DNA of 63,881 nt, filler included, from Reclinomonas americana ATCC 50394 (lineage: Eukaryota), in NCBI GenBank assembly GCA_048213135.1. It is 3 parts of 2 records of this genome, joined end to end, with 100 filler letters (N's around TTAATTAATTAA, not from the genome) between each part and the next. Parts side by side here need not be neighbours in the genome. Positions count along the whole stretch, not along the records: positions 1 to 27,447 come from PS015025.1; 2 more parts are not named here. One strand, 5' to 3'. How positions within the stretch are numbered: the stretch's first letter is position 1; each line of letters starts with the position of its first letter. The notes under the pieces were generated by a model. The model did not search any database. It saw only the letters and a list, made by a program, of their open reading frames with translations, and was not told where the DNA came from. Below are positions 1 through 12,040 of the stretch, one piece after another. The translations under genes and the position numbers were made by a program.

Positions 1-1847
1 CTACCTTACCATCTGCGAATGGCAGGGCTGCTCGGTGCTCCTCGGCTTCAATCCGGTGGAGCTGTCGCGCAATGCGCCGATTGAGAAGTGGGATCGGTGC
101 GTGTTTTGTGCTTGACCTCTCTCCTCCGTCCTCGCCACTGACTCCGTGGCGAGCAGCACCTTCCGTGATGTGGCGGTGGCATTTAATGCACGTGCTGACG
201 ACCGTCATATTATGCTGACGCCGGTGGTCGGGCCCGAGGTAGGCCTGATTGATGGACATGCAGCGAAGCTGCACTCTTCTCATCACTATCACGCTGCAGG
301 GCATCACGGGCTCGACGAGAATGAAGGGCGGCTCCGGCACGAAACTGATTCTCGATGCGGCGTTTGGCGCTGCTCTGCAGACCGCACTGGCGGCGCCAGA
401 AGACGGTGAGCAGGCCGTGCTTCCTGATTTCTCCGACTGTGTCACTCACTTCGCGCCGGCACTCGCAGTCGACGCGTCCATTCGCTCGTGGGTCGAGCGC
501 ATCTTGGACAGCACCGAGGCTGCGGTGGAGCGTCTGTACACCGAGTATGCCACCGACCTGGCGGCTGTCGTGCAGTTGGCTGCCAACTCGCTGGCACAGG
601 GCGGCAGTGTGACGTACTTGGGTCAGGGCAGTTGCGTCTGCAGCAAGGAGGAATGTGCGGAGCTAACGACTCACATGATCCTCTGCTGCAGATTTCGGTC
701 TCCTCGGCTTTGTTGATGCCTCGGAGTGTCCGCCCACCTACGGTGCCGCATTCACCGACATTCGTGGATTCCTTCGCTATGGGTGGGACGAGATGCGCAA
801 CCAAGAGGTTCGCCTGATGTGCACCAGTCAGTTTGTGCTGCACCACCGCTCACTGACCATGGCGAACAGGGAAACCTGAGTGGCGTGGGTGCGCCGTACG
901 AGATCTCACATGCAGACTTTTTCAGCAAGGTCGCACCGCACCTGTCATCGAAGGACCTGGTCGTCTTTTTGATGCAGACCACAGAGGAGGTGGAGTACTA
1001 CGCCGAGGTACGCCAGCGCATTGAGGCGGCTGTCGAGACGGCCGAACGACCTCGCATGGCGGCTCTGTGTGTGTTCGACGCCGAGGTCGGTGGACGCCAC
1101 GATAGTTGTTGTTATTGTTGGTGAACGTCCCTCACGTATTCTGCAGGGACCACGAGTGCACATGGCCGATGTCGATGCGTACATCTCGGTGCCGGTGGCC
1201 TCCTCTGTCAAGACTGCTGTCGGTCGGTTCACTCCGGAGGCTGAACTCTCGCTGAAACTGAGTCTGAATGCCATCACCACCGGCATGTGTATCTTTTGGT
1301 GGCTCAGGTTTATTGTCGATCCGTGAACTCACCCAAAGGTATCGTCACGGCTCACGATGCAGGTGCCCATGTGATGAAGGGCCTGGTGTTCGGCAATCGC
1401 ATGATCAATGTCAAAGTCAGCAACAACAAGCTGTACCACCGCGCCATTTCCATCATTGCCACGGTATACCGCGTTCCTCTGCTCTGGATCATCACGGAGA
1501 TACCCATCCATTTCCTGTGCAGATTGCCAAGGTGTCAACCGAGGAAGCCACTCGTGCCTTGCATCGCTCGATTTACGAGGACATTGATCCGGAGCGCGAC
1601 GTGTCCGTGTCGGAGCGCATCAGCGTGGCTGTGGAGAAGGAAAAGGTGAATGCAATGTGCTTGTTGTGGGAGGCGAAGAGAGCGAAAGTCTGACTTTGCA
1701 GTTCTTCGTGTACAGGTCGTCCCCGTGGCGTTGCTGTTGGCGTTGCGTGGCCGTGAGATCGCGGCCAAGGACGCCATTCGCGCGCTGGCGGAGGAGCCTG
1801 TGGTGCGAGTGTGCATGCAAAAGTGGACCGAGTCCAAGGGTTCATGA
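1..1847 (+). CDS. GCKR: Glucokinase regulatory protein-like (tandem SIS domains), 5'-partial, multi-exon
   Basis: Spliced translation: LLGFNPVELSRNAPIEKW, VVGPE|GITGSTRMKGGSGTKLIL, LGFVDASECPPTYGA, ELSLKLSLNAITTGAHVMKGLVFGNRMINVKVSNNKLYHRA; TGA at 1845-1847. Confidence 0.85.
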
Positions 1848-1901
1848 GCGGAGTACATTCAGATTTGATTTACGGTACTGCTGCTGCTGTTGTTGTTGCC
1901 A

Positions 1902-4900
1902 CTAGCAAGTGCACTGGCTGAGCGGCACATTGAGCGGAGGCGTGTGACCGCAGCACGGGACGTAGTACGGATCTGTGGATCGAGAGTGTGAGTACGCAAG
2001 AGAAATGCCGAAACGATGATCCGCATCCCTGACCTTGCGGGTCGAGCTGCGGCTGGCCCTTGACAATGGTGGCCTGGTGAGCGGCCACGGCAGCTTTGAT
2101 CTGCGCCATGATGTCGGGGTACTGCGACACGTCCAGCGGGTACGCCTCGCTCGGGTCGTGCTGCGCGGGACATGTCACACTCTGATAAGAACAACGACGT
2201 GCTTTGTGTGCAAACCTCAATGTTGTAGAGGAGAGGCGGGTCGTGCTTCTGCGGCGCATCCAGCGTGAACCCGTCGCGCGTGAAATAGTGCGCCTTCCAC
2301 GGACCCACACGAGCAGCGTACAGCGTGTGCTCGCGCCAGTAGAAGAACTGATTGCTGACACCCTGCGCGAGTGATAAGAGAGCACCGTCAGCGCATGCAG
2401 AGCGTGTGGGAGTAATGTGTGGCAACGCAACTGGCCCATTGTGGAACAGAATGTTGGAGAGGCTGTGGCCGTCATAAACGCGGTCGGAGGGCGGTTTGGC
2501 ACCTGGGTAACGGGAATGAGTGGGGAGCACAATTGTGGGGTGAGAAGTGGAGCGCTTGCTGCAGCGCACCAGCCAGCTCAGCAATCGTGACAAAGAGGTC
2601 CATGGTAGACGCCTGTGGACGCATTCATGAGTAAGTATTTGCTCCCTGTGAACAAGCTCGTGCTGGTTTCATGCGAACCACTTCCATCGACAAAGTCATG
2701 GGTGCGATACGGCCGGGCCAGCGCGCGATTGCGGGCTGCAGCAATGCAAGTCAAAACGAGTGGACGGTGAGGGGCTAGACAATGCATCGCAACTTCACGC
2801 ATGCCACCCTCCCACGTGGAACCCTGCGAGTGTGACTGCGTTGGCGACGGCACGAGTAAAGAGTGTGAATTGAGACGTACCTTGCCGCCGCGGAAGAGGC
2901 CGCCGCTGCCGCCTTTTACTTCCTACGAGAGGAGTGTGTGTGTGTGCATGAGTGAGTGAACAAGCAGTGATGCTTCGATGCAACAGCATGCTGCATGACG
3001 AGAGAGACCTGGTTAATCCACGGTCCGTTGTCTAGCAGCAGACACCAGTGAGACAATAATGAACAATACAGCGACCCAGGGGAGACCATGCACCTGAAGT
3101 GAAGAACACAAACGTGTTGTCGTCGAGGCCGAGACTCTTCAGGCGCTGCATGATCATGCCTGCATTTCCCACATGAGATGCCTATCCAACGGTACCAACA
3201 AAATGGAGGGACGTACCGATAGAGTTGTCCATCTCTTCCATGGCGTCGCCAAAGAGACCACTGCATGACGAAACGAGGATAGGTCACCAAACCGCGATAC
3301 AGCCACTGCGGTAAAAAGTACACAAACAGACCGGCGCGACACATTCTTGAATTGATCACTGGCAAACAGATCCACATGCACCTCTGTCGCGCACATGTCA
3401 GCGAGTGGAGTAGAATTAGAGGCAGAAAACATCGCTCACCGTCGTACGCCATGTACAAGAAGAACGGCTTGTTCTGGTTGTGCGAGATGAACTCAAACGC
3501 ACGAGCATTGTATCTATGTTGGAATGGTGATGATGAAAAACATACATACAGAAACAGCGATGTCGAGGGTGACGCATTACCGTGGAGTCAGCGTGTCGAG
3601 GTCCACCGGCTACACCAAGAGGAGTGAGTGAGTACGAGAGAGGACAAGAGATAGCCGGAGTGGCAGCGTCACCTGCTGGATGATGGTGTTGTTTTCCATC
3701 TGCACGCGCAATCCCAAAAGTGAGCGGATGAATGTAAATGCATGCGACAAGCTGAGCAACTCACCAGCGGAACACCCTGTGTGGAGTGCAACATGCAGCA
3801 AGTGAGTCAGTAAAAGAAAGGGAGGCGCATGAATTGCATGCACGCACAGGCCCTGTTTGCAGAGAAAAGGAGTCAGTGAGAGGGGAGAGAGAACAGCTCG
3901 GGAACACAAACAACGCACAAATGTTCTGCCACTCCTGCAAGCACGACCAACAAACAAGCTCGTGAGCGCCATAATTGTGGCAGTAAATGGCTGAGCAGGG
4001 GCACGCAACGTGGCAGGGGTACGGCGGGCATCCTTCGTCCTGTGAGTACGGCCTGCGCACGGAAAAAATGTAAATCGCTACTCCACTCCATGCGCGCATT
4101 CCACGGACGCAACAGGCCCTGCACGACAACGAGTGAGACCATGGACGTATCACACGCGATTCGCGGCACGCACGTAAAAGTAGTCGAAACCATGGTCCGT
4201 GGGGCGGAAACCGGGGAGATGTCTTCATAGAGAGAGTGGAGTGAGAAGTTATCGGCTCACTGCACCACCTTGCACAAAACGCACCCCAGATGCCACTTGC
4301 CGATCAGACTGTATGGATGTACACGGAGGCGTGTCAGCGGAGAAACAAGTTCTGAACAGCGAGGCACGAAGAAACAAACCCCGTCTGATAACCCGACGAC
4401 TTGAGCAGCGACGCAATGGTAACCTCCGAGGGCGGCAACCCGCCCGTCGACGACGGGTAGAACACACGGAACACATTGTCGGCAGGCCAGTCATCCGCCG
4501 TGTACACGCCGTTGCGCTACCGGAGGGAGAGCGTGAGCGAGCAGTCACGCGACGAGAAGCCACAAAAAGAAAACGCAACAATCGGCAGTCGGCCCGTCAT
4601 CAGTGCTGCGGAGCATCATGGTNNNNNNNNNNNNNNNNNNNNNNNNNNNNNNNNNNNNNNNNNNNNNNNNNNNNNNNNNNNNNNNNNNNNNNNNNNNNNN
4701 NNNNNNNNNNNNNNNNNNNNNNNNNNNNNNNNNNNNNNNNNNNNNNNNNNNNNNNNNNNNNNNNNNNNNNNNNNNNNNNNNNNNNNNNNNNNNNNNNNNN
4801 NNNNNNNNNNNNNNNNNNNNNNNNNNNNNNNNNNNNNNNNNNNNNNNNNNNNNNNNNNNNNNNNNNNNNNNNNNNNNNNNNNNNNNNNNNNNNNNNNNNN

Positions 4901-5548
4901 NNNNNNNNNNNNNNNNNNNNNNNNNNNNNNNNNNNNNNNNNNNNNNNNNNNNNNNNNNNNNNNNNNNNNNNNNNNNNNNNNNNNNNNNNNNNNNNAAGGC
5001 ATGACTGGCGACACAACAATAGAGAGAGAGATCGCGTGCACGCAACAAGCACGCGACGGAGAGCAGATCGGAGCTGGCGACAAACAAGTAGGAGGTGTGA
5101 GAACAATTCGCAGAATGCGAACACCGACGATGCACATTCTCACTCACCGCCAACGTAAAACTGCGACAGCCGCATGCCCTCCACCGCCAATCGATCAATG
5201 TTGGGCGTGCGAATGGTCGGGTGGCTGCACAGAGCAGAAGCAGTGGTGGTGAGCAGCACACGAGAGAGAGAGCAAAGAACAACAATGAACGCACCCAGTG
5301 ATCGACAAGTCACCGTATCCCTGCAACAAACACACGCGTCAGTGTTGACCACGATAAAGGGCGAAGAGAGAGACGCGCACCATATCATCAGCGAAGAAGA
5401 CGACAATGTTGGGAGGTCCGCTGCCTGTGAAGCAGTGCGTGTGAGACACAGTCATGCAAGCATGAAGAGCGAGCACGCAACGAGCAGCCATGACTGCACT
5501 GCACACAGCAAGCAGCACAAGAGCTGCAAGAACGCTGCGGTGGACCAT
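1902..5548 (-). CDS. Secreted/lysosomal arylsulfatase (ARSA/GALNS-like), more than 20 exons
   Basis: Signal peptide, PNIVVFFADDMGYGDL, HPTIRTPNIDRLA, formylglycine motif CSPSRASLMTGR, GKWHLG, GFDYFYGLPYS, SDNGPW, GKGSTWEGGMREP, C-terminal PCC..CTC; TAG at 1902-1904. Confidence 0.94.
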
Positions 5549-6619
5549 TGTTGTTTGGTGATATTGATCCTGTGTCCTGTGCTCACAGTCTTCATCGATC
5601 GTTTCTGTGTGTGAGAGCGACAGGAGTGTGTGTGTACGTGAGTGTGAGTGTGTGTGCAGTTATCAGTGTGACAGCATGGGAGCAGGAGCAAGTGGAGCAG
5701 GTGGCGAGGAGCGGTTGTCGTCAGCAAAGCAAGTTGCGCCACTCGCACCACACACACACACACACACGAGTCGCGCGTTCTCTCTTGTGTGTGCATGTGT
5801 GTGTATGTCTCTCAGTGTGTGTTTGCACGCGCGTGTGTGCGTCACACTCACTCACTCATCGTTTTCACGTGTGCATGCAAGCGCAGAAGCTGGTGCATTC
5901 CATTGGCTCACTGGACATTGTTGCGTNNNNNNNNNNNNNNNNNNNNNNNNNNNNNNNNNNNNNNNNNNNNNNNNNNNNNNNNNNNNNNNNNNNNNNNNNN
6001 NNNNNNNNNNNNNNNNNNNNNNNNNNNNNNNNNNNNNNNNNNNNNNNNNNNNNNNNNNNNNNNNNNNNNNNNNNNNNNNNNNNNNNNNNNNNNNNNNNNN
6101 NNNNNNNNNNNNNNNNNNNNNNNNNNNNNNNNNNNNNNNNNNNNNNNNNNNNNNNNNNNNNNNNNNNNNNNNNNNNNNNNNNNNNNNNNNNNNNNNNNNN
6201 NNNNNNNNNNNNNNNNNNNNNNNNNNNNNNNNNNNNNNNNNNNNNNNNNNNNNNNNNNNNNNNNNNNNNNNNNNNNNNNNNNNNNNNNNNNNNNNNNNNN
6301 NNNNNNNNNNNNNNNNNNNNNNNNNNNNNNNNNNNNNNNNNNNNNNNNNNNNNNNNNNNNNNNNNNNNNNNNNNNNNNNNNNNNNNNNNNNNNNNNNNNN
6401 NNNNNNNNNNNNNNNNNNNNNNNNNNNNNNNNNNNNNNNNNNNNNNNAACGCATGCTCACACGTTCACACACATGCACGCGAGTGGCAGAGTGCGAGCGC
6501 GAGAGAGAGTGTGTGTGTCATGTCGCGTGCGAGGCCACGCTTTTGTTTTGTTTGTTTTTTCCCCTCGATGAATCTGGCATTCACATGCGCAAAAAAAGGA
6601 CTTCCCGTTGAACGAGTCC

Positions 6620-7246
6620 ATGTCGAAGATCGAGGTCGATCAGCTGTGGGAGGTACGCGCACATGTGAGCGATTTTCCGCGGACTCTCAGTACTCACATC
6701 TCCCACACAGGTGTATGACAAGGATAACAGCGGGTTCCTGGATCAAGTCGAGCTGACCAAGGTCGGCCACTGTGTTGCCTGTGGCCTTGCAGCTTGGGTG
6801 TCGCTTGCTCATGCTTGTGTGTTTCCCCCTGCGCAGCTGATTATCGATGTGTTTGACGAGGTGGCGAACTACAAGGGTCTCAGGTGCGCGCCTCCTTGCA
6901 ACGCGTGGCTTGTGTGCTGTGGCCCTGACACAACTGCAGTGAGGCCAAGAAGCGCAAGGCGCAGAAGCTGCTCGACTGGGCCCTCTCGCCCGAGTCCACA
7001 CGAGCGTTTGCCGATCTGCTGCTGGAGTTTGACAAGAACCAGGACGGCAAGATCAGCAAGTTGCGCTTGCGCGTGAAAAGCAATGCCTGCTGTACCGAGG
7101 GAGAAGCTCATTGTGTGTGTGTGTGTGCAGGCAAGAGTTCCGCGATCACTACCAGCAGGTTTGTTGTGCGTGCGCGGTCTGTTAGCTTCTGTGAACGTGC
7201 GTGCTCATGTGTGGTATCGCCGCAGCTGCTGGCCGTCTTCTTCTGA
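6620..7246 (+). CDS. Small two-EF-hand calcium-binding protein, 6 exons
   Basis: Spliced MSKIEVDQLWE|VYDKDNSGFLDQVEL..., FDKNQDGKISKQEF; two canonical EF loops; TGA at 7244-7246. Confidence 0.82.
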
Positions 7247-7503
7247 GCGTGTGGTGGACCCGGCTGAGGAGGAGGCGGAGGAAGGAGAAGGAAGAGGAAG
7301 AGGAAGGGTCGCAGCCCGACCACGCTTGCATTCTTCCCACCACTTGTTTTTGTCGTCTTTTTTTCTTTATTGCCCTCCACGTCTCTCTCTCCTTTCTCCC
7401 TCCTCACTACCGCCACCACCGCCGCCGCCAATAAGGAAGTGTACGATTTCAGCATCCATTCGACAATCGAATCATCGCATCTTTTTTCCCTACGCGCTGA
7501 GCA

Positions 7504-10172
7504 ATGCGCATGCTGTTGACTCGCCTGTGCGGTCGCCGCCTCTTCTCGTCCTCGGCGGCTGCGCGCAGTGCCAATGTGCCCGCTGTGGTGCCGAACAGCT
7601 CTGACACTCCGCCCGAGAGCCCTCCAAAGCACATCCCCACCGGGAAGGAGGTGGCCGACGCCGCCTTTGCCACTGCGCGATCGCACGTGCGCACCATGGC
7701 GTTTGCGCCACAGCCGATCCTCACCTCGGCGCAGCAGGAGGAGGCCTCGATGCCGCGAGTGCGACCGACAGCGTTGCCGTCGTTGCAGTCGCTGCCGGTG
7801 ACACTGAAGGATGTGCGCAAGGCACACGCGGCCATCAGTTGCGCTTCACTCGCGTGTGTGTGTGTGTGTGGAGTCCGCATTTGGTTGTTGATTGCGTCGG
7901 TGATCATCAGAGTCGTCGATTTGCAAGACCGAGCTCAAGTATAGCTTCCACCTGTCGAACTTGTCGGGTTGCGAGGTGCTGCTCAAGTTGGAGAACACGC
8001 AGATGACGGCCTCGTACAAGGAGCGTGGCGCGTTGAATAAGCTGTTGGTGCGAGCGATGATGGTGTACGGATCTTCGTGGATTGTTTTCGAACTCTCGGC
8101 TCATGTTGCTGGCGATGTGGTGTGTGCGTGTAGAGTTTGACTCCGGAGGAGCGTTCGCGTGGTGTCATTTGCACGTCTGCCGGCAATCATGCGCAGGTGA
8201 GTGTGTGCGTGTTGGTGGAGAGGGAGATCCGTGTTCCGCGGACAGAGATATATTTGCTGTTGTTGGTTGCAGGCGGTGGCGTACCAGGCCAGCCGGCTCG
8301 GAATGAAGGCCACCATTTGCATGCCACGTACCACGCCGTTCACCAAGGTGTGTCTTCCGCGGGAGTGCACTGGCATGCTTGTCGGCGACTCACACTTGCA
8401 ACGGCCCAACAGGTCAGCGGCACCAAGCGATGGGGCGCCAAGATCGTGCTCAAGGGCGATTCGTTTGACGAGACCATGCAAGAGAGTCTGCGCATCCAGA
8501 AGGAGGAGGGCAGTGTGTTCATCCACGCGTTCAACGATCCTATGGTCGTAGCTGGTGCTTGCGGGATGATGGTATCGTGCTTCATGCGCACACTTTCACT
8601 GACTTTTTTTGTTGCGCAGGTCAAGGCACTGTGGCGCTGGAGGTGTTGGGTGAGTGACCTACTAGATATACATGTGTTGTGCAACGATGATCGACTCATA
8701 TCTCGCACCCGGCACAGAGCAAGACCCGTTCATCGACAGGTACATCTTATCGGCCATTATTTCTCCGGGCGAGTCGCTTTGCGTTCTCACTCGTACTGCG
8801 TAGTATCATTGTCCCCGTCGGTGGTGGTGGTCTAGTGGCTGGCATCCTGGCCGTCGTTGCGTTCTTGGCTCGCATCGCATTCCGCTTGTGTGGCGGACCG
8901 CTGATTCTGTGTGATCGTGCAGGTGAAGGCCGTCAATCCGCGCATCAAGGTCGGCGGCTTGAACACCGTGTCCTCTGCTTCCTTGCCCATGACTAACTTG
9001 GCATCTCTGTGGCAGGTTTACGGAGTCGAGTCGGCGCAAATGGCTGGCATGGTGCGCAGGATGTGGTGCAAGCAAGCGATTGTTGTTGTCACTCACGCAT
9101 CACGTTGTGCAGAAACGGAGCATGGCGCGTGGAGAGGTGACTTCTGTGGCTCCTCGGTGCGTCACCTTCTTGACCCTGCAACTGATGCTTCGCCGCCAAG
9201 ATGCATGTGCTCACCGCATACATTTTCTCCTCCCGCAGCAAGACAATCGCCGATGGTATCGCCGTCGGAACCGTGGGCAAGGTGCGTGTTTCTGTGTCTC
9301 ATTATTCCCCGGAGCTGGCACCTCACCGCTGAACTGCCCTTCCAGATTCCTTTTGACATTATCTTCCCGTACCTCGACGAGCTGGTGTTGGTCGACGAGA
9401 ACGACATCAGGTGTGTCATTAAGATTTTGCTTTCTCACATCATCTCTGCTCAACTGTCGTCGCGTGCAGTCTGGCGTTGCTGAAGCTGCTGGAGCTGGAA
9501 AAGACTCTGGTGGAGGGCTCGGGTGCGGCCGGTGTCGCTGCGCTGCTGAGTGGTCGCCTGCCACTGCAACCGGGCGAACGGACCGCCGTCATGTGCACGG
9601 GCGGAAGTTGCGCTAGTTTCACATTACTATGGATCGTCTCTCAGTTTTCGCTCACCGCCATCATAACCCCCCAGATATCGACATGGCCGTGATTGGCAAG
9701 GTGCGTGGGACGCACCTAATGTACCACATTGTGGCGCTGACAGTTCTTATTCGATGCAGATTATCGATCGTGGTCTCGTCAAGGTCTCGCACCAACTCAC
9801 CCTGCCACCACGCACATGTGTTTCACCTCGCCTCACTTTCTCTTCCTCTCGCACGCAGGATGGACGCCTCACGCGCTTCATCTTCACCGTGCCCGACGTG
9901 CCGGGCTCGCTCGCCAATGTTCTCTTCTTCCTGGCCGACCAGGGTGTCAATGTGCAAGACGTTGGTGAGTTTTGCCCATCCGAGCTGTTTCACGCCTTTG
10001 CGTTTGACGACTGAATCGCCACACCCTCGCAGCACACGAACGGTCGTTCTACGACGTGCCTGTGGGCTTCACGCAGCAGATTGTCACGTGCGAGGTGCGC
10101 GGCCACGACCACATTGCCTCAATCCTGGAGGGACTCAAGACCCTCAACATCAAGTACGAGGTGGTGCTGTAG
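7504..10172 (+). CDS. ilvA: Threonine ammonia-lyase (dehydratase) with one C-terminal ACT domain and a likely mitochondrial presequence
   Basis: LKLENTQMTASYKERGA (PLP lysine), SAGNHAQAVA, FIHAFNDP, AGQGTVALE, VPVGGGGL, TIADGIAV, VEGSGAAG, TGGNID, ACT motif VPDVPGSLA..HER; Arg/Ser-rich N-terminus; TAG at 10170-10172. Confidence 0.95.
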
Positions 10173-10451
10173 TGGGAANNNNNNNNNNNNNNNNNNNNGG
10201 AGAGCACACGCGCAGACCGACATTCTTGTGTGTATATTATGCAGACAGTTGCATGCATTTTGGACAGCACTAATTGGGGGAGGAGGGAGGGCAGAGGAGG
10301 CAGAAGGATTAGGAAAGGCAGGAATTCGCAGCAAAGGTGGCAGAAAATTTGTATCGCAAAAAATGATCATAGTTGCGGGTGTGTGCAATCGCACGTAAAC
10401 AAGACGACAACAACAACAACAACAATAAGAAGAGCAGCAGCAACAGAACGT

Positions 10452-11890
10452 CTAAATGGAACCCCCGTTCGCCCCAGACAGAGAGAGGAACTCGCGTCGC
10501 AGCTCGCGGTTGGAGCGGAAGTCGCCGGTGGTGAACACGGTCACGGTGGTGGAGCCAGTCTTCTCCACGCCACGCATGGCCATGCACATGTGAGTGGCCT
10601 CGGTGCGCACCGCCACGCCTCGTGCACCCAAGATCTCTTGCATCGTCTCCGCCACCTGCCGCGTCAATCGCTCCTGCACCTGCAGCCGACGCGCAAAGCA
10701 CTCCACGAAGCGCGCCATCTTCGACAGTCCCAGAATCTTGCCGTTGGGCAGATAGCCGACAGTCACTTTGCCGTAGAACGGCAGCATGTGGTGCTCGCAC
10801 ATGGAGAAGAAGTCTGCGTGCCGCGGTGANNNNNNNNNNNNNNNNNNNNNNNNNNNNNNNNNNNNNNNNNNNNNNNNNNNNNNNNNNNNNNNNNNNNNNN
10901 NNNNNNNNNNNNNNNNNNNNNNNNNNNNNNNNNNNNNNNNNNNNNNNNNNNNNNNNNNNNNNNNNNNNNNNNNNNNTACGACACAAAAAACAATACAAAA
11001 AACACGCACGAGACACGCAACTAATGTCCTTGACGACCACCATCTCATCGGCCTCGTCCTCAAACACGGCGTCGTTCAACACCTCTGCCACCACGGTCAA
11101 CAATCGCAACAGACACACGCACACACAAACAAAGAGGCGACCACACACCAATCGGATCTTGTTGATAGCCCTGTGCTCCATACATCAGTCACCGTGGAGA
11201 GCAGGTACACACAGAGAGAGGGTGACGCACACACATACCTTGGTGAGGAAGCACAGAGCCTTGGCCCAGCGATCCGGCGTCTTCAGCAGTCCATCGCGCT
11301 TCACATCCTCACCAATCGCCGACAAGATCTTCACACACGTACACAAATGAGTGACAAGCAAACACGCACACACACGCGCACACGCACCTGTTCGCCTGCC
11401 TCTCGCAGTGCCTCCAGCTTGGCCTCTGGCACATCGCCCATGGACAGCGAGGGTGCCGCGAGTGAAGGCGAGCTCTCCTCATCACCCTCGCGACGCATTG
11501 CTGCTTGTCGATGCGCGTGGTTGTGCTGACCGTGACGATGTGCAGGCGACGATGAGCTGCTCTGCCCCGAGCTCTCCTCTGCGTGAGAGAGAAAGAGAGA
11601 GAGTCAGTGCATGTGTGTGTGGGAGAGTGTATGTGTGTGCGCGCAGACAAACCGCCGGAGAAGTCGTCAATGGAGCGCGACTTGGTAAAGGCGCTGCGCT
11701 GCTGCTGTTGCTGTTGTTGTTGGTGGAGAGGGTGCTGGTTGTGTCGCGGCGCTGGAGGCGACGAGGGTCCGCGCAGAGGCTGCTCGAGGGGGGAGAGTGG
11801 AGATGCAGCAGTGTCGGAGTCGTGGCCGGCGGTGGCCTCGGCCGGTAGTGAGATGCTGTCGCCGAGGCGAGTGGGTGCGGGGTCGCTCAT
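10452..11890 (-). CDS. GCH1: GTP cyclohydrolase I with long low-complexity N-terminus
   Basis: [74 protein letters not shown]. Confidence 0.96.
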
Positions 11891-12040
11891 GGTTGGTGGG
11901 GAACGGAGAAGGTCGGAGTGCGCGCGGGGGTCGATGAAATGTTGACTGCAGCAGAGCGCGCAAAAAGGCGGACAATTTCACACCGGTATCTCTTCGGTTC
12001 CCGCGCTAATGCACTTCATTCCTTCTTCGTCGATGCGTGG

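Noticed and set aside
9607-9674. Non-canonical TT donors (AG|TTGCG) instead of shifted GT donors
   Set aside because: Only A|GT..AG|AT restores the conserved GGNID; many sites have C or T before GT, and standard GT-AG ends fit.
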